Made by a program: the position numbers and the translations under genes. Below are positions 15,433 through 21,948 of a stretch of DNA of 48,812 bases, in pieces; the stretch's first letter is position 1, and each line of letters opens with the position of its first letter. The notes under the pieces were generated by a model. The model was not told the origin of the DNA. It did no database searches and was given only the letters and a program-made list of their open reading frames with translations. The stretch lies in NCBI GenBank assembly GCA_964528795.1, contig CAZGUY010000002.1, positions 1 to 48,812 of the forward strand, read 5' to 3'. The DNA is from an uncultured Gammaproteobacteria bacterium (GTDB lineage: Bacteria; Patescibacteriota; Patescibacteriia; UBA2591; UBA6264).

Positions 15433-16677
15433 TTATTTTCTTAATTTTTCATTGTTAATCAGTTTTTTATATAATGCTAAATAATTATTTTCAAATTGTT
15501 TAACTGAATAATTGTTTAAAGCTCTTTCTCTACAATTTTTAGAGAATTTATTTTTTAGTTGATCATTGTTTAAAACTTTACTAATTGCTTGGGCTAACTT
15601 TTTAGTATTTTTCTTTTCTACTAATATACCACAATCTTTTGTAACCTGTTCTGGTATACCGCCAGTTTTAAAGCCAACTATAGGAGCACCGCTTGAAAGG
15701 GCTTCGTTTACAGTAGTGGGGAGGTTATCAAAAAGAGAAGTAATACAAAAGAGATCAGTCGTATTGTATATTTTGGCGATTTTAGAACGATTGGATATAT
15801 AACCTATTTGTTTAATGTTAATATTATTGTCGATTTTATTTAAATCTATTTTTTTTCCTACCGTAACAACCATCCAGTTTTTAGCCTGTATCTTATTTAA
15901 AGATTCAAAGAAATATTTTGCCCCCTTTATTTTATTTTCTAAGTCAGCTGCTACAAATAATATAATTTTTTTATTTTTAGGTAAATTAAATTCTTTTCTA
16001 ATTTTTTCTTTATTTCTTGGTTTAAAAAGGTTTGTATCAATTCCATTTGGAATTACTTGTATATTACAATTTTTTAAAAAAGATGTTTTTATTTTTTTAG
16101 ACAACCACAAAGAGGGGGTAACAATTGTAGGGTTCCAATTTTTAGTAAAAATTTGTTTTTTCTTTTGCCACATATAAGAGGATAAGTCAAAATATGTCTT
16201 TGGTAAACGACCCCTTTTAGGGCAGTCCCCGCAACCATTTTGCCATTTTTTACATTCAAATGGGTAAATACAATTTCCAGTGATAGGCCAAGCGTCATGA
16301 AAAGTCCAAACTACAGGTATATTTATTTTTTTAAGGAAGCTTATAAAACTAAGATTAATATAATAGCCATGGAGGTTGTGAAGGTGAATTAGATCAAAGT
16401 TATTTTTTTTAATATATCTTTCTAGTTTTTTAGTTGAAAAATAGCTGCCATATCCTTGTAAACCAAAAACTCTAGATATTAAAAAATGAAAAATTACTTC
16501 AGTTTTAAAAGAAAATTTAAATGATTTTTTACTTTTATTTTTGCCTTTTCTTCCATAAGCAAAGAAACTGGAAACATTTGGTTCTTTATTGAGTGTTTTA
16601 TGTAATAGTCGAGTAATTTCTTCTGTTCCTCCTCCTCCTTTATAGGCATTGTTTATAGTAAGTATTTTAATTTTCAT
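15433..16677 (-). CDS. Glycosyltransferase, GT4-like
   Basis: 414 aa. N-terminal GGGGTEE, and a C-terminal FDNLPTTVNEALSSGAPIVGFKTGGIPE donor-binding region. Confidence 0.8.
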   Translation of the reverse strand: MKIKILTINNAYKGGGGTEEITRLLHKTLNKEPNVSSFFAYGRKGKNKSKKSFKFSFKTEVIFHFLISRVFGLQGYGSYFSTKKLERYIKKNNFDLIHLHNLHGYYINLSFISFLKKINIPVVWTFHDAWPITGNCIYPFECKKWQNGCGDCPKRGRLPKTYFDLSSYMWQKKKQIFTKNWNPTIVTPSLWLSKKIKTSFLKNCNIQVIPNGIDTNLFKPRNKEKIRKEFNLPKNKKIILFVAADLENKIKGAKYFFESLNKIQAKNWMVVTVGKKIDLNKIDNNINIKQIGYISNRSKIAKIYNTTDLFCITSLFDNLPTTVNEALSSGAPIVGFKTGGIPEQVTKDCGILVEKKNTKKLAQAISKVLNNDQLKNKFSKNCRERALNNYSVKQFENNYLALYKKLINNEKLRK

Positions 16678-16716
16678 TAATAAATTGTTTAATCTATGCT
16701 ATTTATCTTTATTTTT

Positions 16717-17640
16717 TTATTTTAACCAATGGCTCAGATCTTTATTAATTAATTCTTCTAATTTTTTAATATCTTTTTTATAATAATTTTTTAAATATTT
16801 TTTATCTTCTTCATTAATTTTCCCCTTTTTGAGATTATTATTAGAGAGTTTTAATGAGATTTTTTTAAGTTGGTTAGGGAAGAGATGTAATGTCTTTACT
16901 ATCTTTTTTATGGTTTTTTTAAATATATTTGGTTTATTTAATAAGTTATGAATTATCTTTGAGCGATGTTTTCCTGAGGCATTGTGTTTTGTTATAAGTT
17001 TTGGAATAAAACTTGGATCAATGTCCAAGAACTTATAAGCGTCTTTTATTAACTTTTTAGGATTTTCTTTTAGTTCCTTAAAAAGGTAAATTTTAACCTG
17101 GTCAAAATTTTCAAGATAAGATTTTACTTGTTTGTAGTAAAGTCCTACATCTTTGTAATACCAAATAAAATCTCTTGGTTGTTTTATTCTTTGTCCTTCA
17201 GCTTTTAAAGCCTCTTTAAAGTTTGATTTTTTTTCTCGGTCGCATCCTTTTAAAAACCAATATGCAGAATATGCTCTCTCTGTTGGGTTTCGTAATATGA
17301 TAATGATTTTAGGGTTTCCTAAATATTTTTTAATTTTTTTAGGGGCTTGTTTGTGATAATATAAGGTATCAGTACTTGCTTCTCCGATAACAGTCTCATC
17401 TGTAACTTTATTATATAATTTTTTATAGTTGTTAAAATTTTTAATAATGTTTGATTCTGACTTTTGATCACCCTTTCCAATGAAAGGAAATTTTAAAAAG
17501 GTAGAAGTAATAAATTTTGGTTCTTTGTGTTCGGGCAAAAAAACTTCCGGATGCTCTCTAAGATAATGATACAAAGAAGTAGTACCACTTCGAGCGGCTC
17601 CAATTATCAAAAAATTTGGCAAATTATTTTGATTATTCAT
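16717..17640 (-). CDS. Sulfotransferase (PAPS-dependent, Sulfotransfer_1/3-like)
   Basis: 307 aa. 5'-PSB motif IIGAARSGTTSL and 3'-PB motif ILRNPTERAYS. Confidence 0.85.
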   Translation of the reverse strand: MNNQNNLPNFLIIGAARSGTTSLYHYLREHPEVFLPEHKEPKFITSTFLKFPFIGKGDQKSESNIIKNFNNYKKLYNKVTDETVIGEASTDTLYYHKQAPKKIKKYLGNPKIIIILRNPTERAYSAYWFLKGCDREKKSNFKEALKAEGQRIKQPRDFIWYYKDVGLYYKQVKSYLENFDQVKIYLFKELKENPKKLIKDAYKFLDIDPSFIPKLITKHNASGKHRSKIIHNLLNKPNIFKKTIKKIVKTLHLFPNQLKKISLKLSNNNLKKGKINEEDKKYLKNYYKKDIKKLEELINKDLSHWLK

Positions 17641-17741
17641 GTATATAGCTATTAAGTATAATTAATTATATCGTTTATATTGAAGTATTTGTATTCTTTC
17701 AGCTTTCCTTTAAGCTAGGTGTTTTAAATTCTTTAGCTTTT

Positions 17742-18629
17742 TTATACTTTTTTAAATACAAAATTTTCAAAAACATCTATCTGATTAAAATTAATTTCAT
17801 TAATTTTAATTAATTCACCTTTTTTGTTTATCTTATAAGGTCTATAATATAAATCTTTTAACAGTTTAGAGGCTTTTTTGTATATATTATTATTTTTCAT
17901 TTCTATAGCTATAATAGGGGAGTGTCTTTTTAATGTCTTTTTCCCGCCTAATAAAACTCTATATTCTCCTCCTTCGATATCTATTTTTATAAAGTCTGGC
18001 TTAACTTTGTTTTTTTTACAATAACTATCAAGCTTACTACATTTTACTTTGTTTTCTTTAACCCCTCCCTTTACTTGGTTTTTTATTAAACTACTTCCAC
18101 CACTGTGTAATTCCTTGAAATTGTTATAAAAGTGATTTGTTCCGTTCTTATCTGATAAAGCTAATTTATTAAGATTAGCTTTAGTTGATTGAAAGGTTAA
18201 TTTAAGAGCTTTATAAACATCAGGGTTTGGTTCAAAAAGGTGAATATTTTTTTCTTTAAGGACTTGTTTAGCTAATAGGGAGTAAAAGCCGTAGTTTGCT
18301 CCTATGTCGAAAAATATATCTTTTTTTGTTAGGTTTTTACAAAGAAAAAAAACTAATGAAAATTCCTTTTTACCTAGGTTCCCCAGGAGATAAAGGGGGA
18401 GGAAATCAAGGTCCCAAAAATAGCCCCATATCTCTTCATTAAAAAATAAATCAGTTTTAATAATTTGCTTTTTATTATATAAACCGATTTTTCCAATTAA
18501 AGGTCGTAGTATCTTGATATAAAAATAATGTTTTGGTCTTTTTAATAATCGTTTCAATTTAGATTCAGTAAAAAAGAAACCTTTTTCTTTTGCTTCCTTT
18601 TTAATTTGGTTAATAATATCTTGGTTCAT
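17742..18629 (-). CDS. FkbM-family SAM-dependent methyltransferase
   Basis: 295 aa with the motifs FFDIGANYGFYS and FIKIDIEGGEYRVL. Confidence 0.8.
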   Translation of the reverse strand: MNQDIINQIKKEAKEKGFFFTESKLKRLLKRPKHYFYIKILRPLIGKIGLYNKKQIIKTDLFFNEEIWGYFWDLDFLPLYLLGNLGKKEFSLVFFLCKNLTKKDIFFDIGANYGFYSLLAKQVLKEKNIHLFEPNPDVYKALKLTFQSTKANLNKLALSDKNGTNHFYNNFKELHSGGSSLIKNQVKGGVKENKVKCSKLDSYCKKNKVKPDFIKIDIEGGEYRVLLGGKKTLKRHSPIIAIEMKNNNIYKKASKLLKDLYYRPYKINKKGELIKINEINFNQIDVFENFVFKKV

Positions 18630-18766
18630 GTTTTTTATATTTTATAGTTATGATTCTAGCAAGCTTCTCTTTTATTTTATTTAATTTAAGGTTAAATGTC
18701 AATTAATTAAGGTAAAATTAATAATTTTTAGTTTAAGGTAAGAATAAATATGTTAAAATATAGAGT

Positions 18767-19090
18767 ATGGATTATTTTAATATTATAATTTTAATCATTT
18801 TTACCTTTATTGGATATTTTGTTCAAAGCTTATATTCGGGCAAATATCCAGGTGATAAAATAGAAAAGTCATTAAGATTTTTAATTAATGACTATTATAT
18901 TCATATTCATCATTGGTTATGGTCTTTGGTTTTAATTATTCTATTTATTATTCTTGGTTTTTATAATCCTGTAGTTTTTGGAATTTTAATAGGCTTTACA
19001 ATTCAAGGTTTAACCTACAAAGATCGGTTTGTATTTTTTTATCATAAAGATAATTGTTCTGATATTTATAATAAATGGAAATCAGATTAA
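18767..19090 (+). CDS. Small integral membrane protein, hypothetical
   Basis: 107 aa with three hydrophobic helices. No recognisable motif. Confidence 0.55.
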   Translation: MDYFNIIILIIFTFIGYFVQSLYSGKYPGDKIEKSLRFLINDYYIHIHHWLWSLVLIILFIILGFYNPVVFGILIGFTIQGLTYKDRFVFFYHKDNCSDIYNKWKSD

Positions 19091-19095
19091 AACAA

Positions 19096-19122
19096 AAACC
19101 CGCAAGTTTAACTTACGGGTTT
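19096..19122 (-). terminator. Repeated terminator hairpin, copy a (AAACCCGCAAGT-TTA-ACTTACGGGTTT)
   Basis: 12-bp stem. The single mismatch is a G-U pair on the minus-strand transcript, which is followed by UUUUUGUUUU. Identical copies lie at 21171 and 23550. Confidence 0.75.
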
Positions 19123-19128
19123 AATTTT

Positions 19129-19602
19129 TTATGGTTTTTTAAGGCGAGAGGGCAGGTAAAGAGTGTAGGTTTTTTGGGTTGTATCCGAACCCGACTTTAT
19201 ATCGCTTGGGTAAAATAATTTCCAGGTTGAACTTATTTTTTTTACCTTTTTAATGTGGTAATGTATAACAACTTCTGGAGTTTTTCCGTATTTTGTTTCT
19301 GTTGAGTATTTATCCAAAAGGACCCTAGCTGTATCTTTGCCATCTTTATACTGAATAAAGGTCTGAATCTTGTCTCTATATTCGATTTCCATCTTATTGA
19401 TCAGTTTCTTGGGTTTAGAATGATCTATGTAGTGATCAGTGTTTTCCATGATAGCTATATCTTTTATAAATTCAAGAGCAAAGACAGACACCATTAATCC
19501 TACAACAATACAAATTACTAGATCACCTTTAGTTGGTATACTTTTTTGTATAGCATACATTAATAAAAATGATATAACCACACAACCAATTACAGTAACC
19601 AT
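19129..19602 (-). CDS. Small membrane-anchored hypothetical protein (157 aa), paralogue of 23594..24082
   Basis: AGGAGG RBS. The first 10 codons (MVTVIGCVVI) are identical at nucleotide level to 23594..24082. Two N-terminal TM helices and the shared block IAI(M/A)ENT(D/S)HY..HSKPKKLI. Confidence 0.7.
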   Translation of the reverse strand: MVTVIGCVVISFLLMYAIQKSIPTKGDLVICIVVGLMVSVFALEFIKDIAIMENTDHYIDHSKPKKLINKMEIEYRDKIQTFIQYKDGKDTARVLLDKYSTETKYGKTPEVVIHYHIKKVKKISSTWKLFYPSDIKSGSDTTQKTYTLYLPSRLKKP

Positions 19603-19662
19603 AATTTTCCTCCTTTTATAAATTAATTGTAAATATCTAAATTTATTTATTTAACTATCCTT

Positions 19663-19691
19663 AATATAGCAAAAATTAATGATTTTGTCAA
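19663..19691 (-). promoter_or_regulatory. Repeated promoter, copy a (TTGACA-N17-TATATT on minus strand)
   Basis: Reverse complement of 19686-19691 is TTGACA and of 19663-19668 is TATATT. It is part of a conserved promoter+leader module of about 85 nt also found at 21341-21425 and 24083-24167. Confidence 0.65.
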
Positions 19692-19706
19692 GATTTTAGA
19701 ACAGTA

Positions 19707-19839
19707 CTTGTTTACAAGTTTTTAGAAATTTTTTAAGTTAAACTTGTAAACTATCTTTTAAGGGTTAAATTCTTTATATTAAAGGTAAAATTAGCTTGTT
19801 TACAAGTTTTTTAAAATATGTTAAATTAAACTTGTAAAC
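19707..19839 (+). promoter_or_regulatory. Two 45-bp direct repeats (19707-19751, 19795-19839), each with 9-bp inverted arms GTTTACAAG...CTTGTAAAC; candidate operators/promoters
   Basis: Read directly. Each repeat contains TTTACA-N17-TAA(G/A)TT. The second ends 13 nt before ATG 19853. Confidence 0.5.
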
Positions 19840-19852
19840 AAAAATAGAATTT

Positions 19853-20881
19853 ATGGATATTAAAGAAAAGATTTTAAATTTATTAAAAAAACAGGGTGAC
19901 CTTCAAGTAGCGGACATTGTAGAAGCTACGGGCTTTTCCCGTGTTTATCTTAGTCGTGTTTTGAAAAAAATGCGGGAAAAAGATAAAGTTCGTTTAATAG
20001 GGCATACAAACAGGGCAACCTATGTTATACCTAATACTAAAGCTGAAAAAGAAGTTAAAAAGAGTATTTTAGATACCCAAAAAGAGTTAAACTTAAAAGG
20101 TTTAGAAGAGGATAAGGTCTTGGATGATATTAAAAAAGAAACAGGGATCTTTCTAGATCTTAAAGAGAATATAAAAAAAATCGTAGAATATTCTTTTTCT
20201 GAAATCCTAAATAATGCTATTGAACACTCTGGGTCTAAGAAAGGGAAGGTTAAACTTAAAAAAGGAGAGAAAAAATTAATTTTTCAAGTTAATGATTTTG
20301 GGGTTGGTATTTTTAACCATATTAAAGAAAAAAGAAATCTAGATAATGTATTAGATGCTATTGGTTGTTTAATAAAAGGGAAACAAACCACTGATCCCGA
20401 GTCACATAGCGGGGAGGGTATATTCTTTGTATCACGTTTAATGGATAAATTGATTATTAAAAGTTTTAATAAAAAACTTGTTTTTGATAATAATAAGGAA
20501 GATATTTTTATTTCTGATATTAACAATAAAAAAGGAACTGAAGTAATAGGAAAAATTGATTTACATTCATCTAAAAAAATATCAAAAGTATTTGATGATT
20601 ATACTGATGAAAATTATTCTTTTGATAAAACAGAAATAGTTGTAAATATTTTTAATAAAAAAGGACCACATATGTCTCGTTCAGAAGCAAGAAGAATTTT
20701 GTCAGGATTAGAAAAATTTCAAAGAATAGAATTTGACTTTAAAAATGTCTCAAGTATTGGTCAGGCTTTTGCTGATGAAATATTTAGGGTTTGGGCTAAT
20801 AAGCATCCTGATATTGAATTGGATTACAAAAATGTAAATGAAAATGTTAAATTTATGATCCAGCATGCTTTAAATAAGTAA
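19853..20881 (+). CDS. wHTH + GHKL (HATPase_c-like) + C-terminal STAS-like (DUF4325-type) protein
   Basis: 342 aa. N-terminal HTH VADIVEATGFSRVYLSRVLKKM, N-box-like EILNNAIEH, G-boxes NDFGVGI and GEGIFF, and a C-terminal SRSEARRILSGL...IEFDFKNVSSIGQAFADEIF typical of STAS-like DUF4325. Confidence 0.7.
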   Translation: MDIKEKILNLLKKQGDLQVADIVEATGFSRVYLSRVLKKMREKDKVRLIGHTNRATYVIPNTKAEKEVKKSILDTQKELNLKGLEEDKVLDDIKKETGIFLDLKENIKKIVEYSFSEILNNAIEHSGSKKGKVKLKKGEKKLIFQVNDFGVGIFNHIKEKRNLDNVLDAIGCLIKGKQTTDPESHSGEGIFFVSRLMDKLIIKSFNKKLVFDNNKEDIFISDINNKKGTEVIGKIDLHSSKKISKVFDDYTDENYSFDKTEIVVNIFNKKGPHMSRSEARRILSGLEKFQRIEFDFKNVSSIGQAFADEIFRVWANKHPDIELDYKNVNENVKFMIQHALNK

Positions 20882-21004
20882 TATTTATTGACCTTTTTTG
20901 AATTTTTGTTATTTTAAAAATAATAATTAATATAATTCTAAATTTTATGCGTTTTAGATTTTTGATTCCAAGAACAGCCAATTGTTCTGATGGCTGTTGA
21001 ATAT

Positions 21005-21035
21005 GCCGGGGACCCTTAGTTCCCGGCTTTTATTT
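21005..21035 (+). terminator. Intrinsic terminator, probably for 19853..20881
   Basis: GCCGGGGAC-N5-GTTCCCGGC followed by TTTTATTT. It is preceded by a second hairpin AACAGCCA-N10-TGGCTGTT (20973-20998). Confidence 0.65.
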
Positions 21036-21088
21036 AATCTTGGTTAAATGTCTGAAGTAATTTTATTTTTTAAACAAAAACCTAAGGA

Positions 21089-21125
21089 GGAGATCAAATC
21101 TCCCCTTTACCAGGTGTCACCTGGT
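21089..21125. repeat. GC-rich hairpin element, copy 7 (C-like + B-like)
   Basis: GGAGAT-CAA-ATCTCC (21089-21103) and ACCAGGTG-T-CACCTGGT (21109-21125). Confidence 0.6.
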
Positions 21126-21170
21126 AAATATCCAACAAAGAGCTTAATATGGCTTGTTAATCAAAAACAA

Positions 21171-21197
21171 AAACCCGCAAGTTTAACTTACGGGTTT
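21171..21197 (-). terminator. Repeated terminator hairpin, copy b
   Basis: Identical to 19096-19122. Located 3' of the 33-codon ORF. Confidence 0.75.
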
Positions 21198-21238
21198 AAT
21201 TTTTAAGGAAAAAAGCTGTAGCATCATTCATGGGATTA

Positions 21239-21340
21239 TCACAAGCATCCTAGCATTCCTAGGATTGTCCAACCCCCCATAAAGGCTACAAAACCAAAAA
21301 GAACAGCTATTGCTATTTTGTAAAGAGTGTTCGTGTCCAT
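21239..21340 (-). CDS. 33-aa hydrophobic peptide (MDTNTLYKIAIAVLFGFVAFMGGWTILGMLGCL)
   Basis: Not in the ORF track because it is too short. It sits exactly where the repeated promoter+leader+AGGAGG module places a start codon (ATG at 21340-21338) and is followed by the repeated terminator. It has a single TM-like segment. Confidence 0.6.
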   Translation of the reverse strand: MDTNTLYKIAIAVLFGFVAFMGGWTILGMLGCL

Positions 21341-21392
21341 AATTTCCTCCTTTTATAAATTAAGGTTTAATTGTAAATATCTAACTATCCTT

Positions 21393-21421
21393 AATATAGC
21401 AAAAATTAACGTTTTTGTCAA
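21393..21421 (-). promoter_or_regulatory. Repeated promoter, copy b (TTGACA-N17-TATATT)
   Basis: Reverse complement of 21416-21421 is TTGACA and of 21393-21398 is TATATT. Confidence 0.65.
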
Positions 21422-21432
21422 TATTAAAAACA

Positions 21433-21465
21433 AAACCCGTAAGTTTAACTTATACTTACGAATTT
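21433..21465 (-). repeat. Decayed copy of the repeated terminator hairpin
   Basis: AAACCCGTAAGT..ACTTACGAATTT. The left arm is intact and the right arm is mutated. It lies immediately upstream of promoter copy b. Confidence 0.5.
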
Positions 21466-21470
21466 TAAAT

Positions 21471-21535
21471 ATATTGTAATGGCATTGCAATATATTTCCC
21501 AAAACATTGTAATCACATTACAATATTATTATAAT
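21471..21535 (+). promoter_or_regulatory. Two palindromes (ATATTGTAAT-GGC-ATTGCAATAT; ATTGTAAT-CAC-ATTACAAT) overlapping a TTGTAA-N17-TATAAT promoter
   Basis: Read directly. The perfect 8-3-8 palindrome at 21506-21524 spans the -35 (21507-21512). The -10 TATAAT is at 21530-21535. Confidence 0.5.
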
Positions 21536-21541
21536 ACTAAT

Positions 21542-21727
21542 TAAAAAGAAACTTACTCGTATGTGGATAGCTTGTCAGGATTGGCTAGGATTGGTCAGAG
21601 AGGTGTTGTTAACCCTAAAGGTACACATACACAAGAAACTTGTTCCTATGGACGAGGTCCAACCTCGTCTTTGGTAGATAAAAACTGTATAAAAAATTAC
21701 CTCGGGCAAAATGCCCGAGTTCTTTTT
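21542..21727 (+). ncRNA. Candidate small RNA or leaderless micro-ORF transcript (about 185 nt), unknown family
   Basis: Bounded by the promoter above and by terminator CTCGGGCA-AAA-TGCCCGAG+TTCTTTTT (21701-21727). Internal stems are GTATGTG(21559)/CACATAC(21624) and GACGAGGT-CCA-ACCTCGTC (21651-21669). GC content is locally elevated and there is no SD for the 38-codon ORF inside. Confidence 0.35.
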
Positions 21728-21942
21728 ATATAACTTATAATAAATAATTAGGTTTAATTTATAATAAATGTTTGTTGATTTAAAGTAAAATAAATTTGTT
21801 TTTTTACTTTAATAAAAGGTTAATTTCTTTATTTTTGTATATTCTAATTTTAAAAAGTGGGAAAATATTTTGACAATATTGCTTTATTTTTATATAATTT
21901 ATAATAAATAATTAGGTTTAATTTATAATAAATGTTTGTTAA
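21728..21942 (+). repeat. 52-bp direct repeat x2 (21728-21779 and 21891-21942) flanking a promoter
   Basis: TATAA(C/T)TTATAATAAATAATTAGGTTTAATTTATAATAAATGTTTGTT occurs twice. The second copy forms the leader of Fic gene 21949. Confidence 0.85.
21870..21898 (+). promoter_or_regulatory. Promoter TTGACA-N17-TATAAT for Fic gene
   Basis: Perfect consensus hexamers at 21870-21875 and 21893-21898. Confidence 0.6.
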
Positions 21943-21948
21943 TTTTAT

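Noticed and set aside
20947-21000. 17-codon ORF (MRFRFLIPRTANCSDGC) between gene 19853..20881 and the terminator at 21005.
   Set aside because: There is no SD and the sequence is dominated by a hairpin (20973-20998). It is most simply the structured 3' UTR of the upstream gene.
21048-21206. 52-codon plus-strand ORF (MSEVILFFKQKPKEEIKSPLYQVSPGKY...).
   Set aside because: It runs straight through hairpin-repeat copy 7 and the repeated terminator, and it has no SD. Its amino-acid sequence simply mirrors those palindromes.
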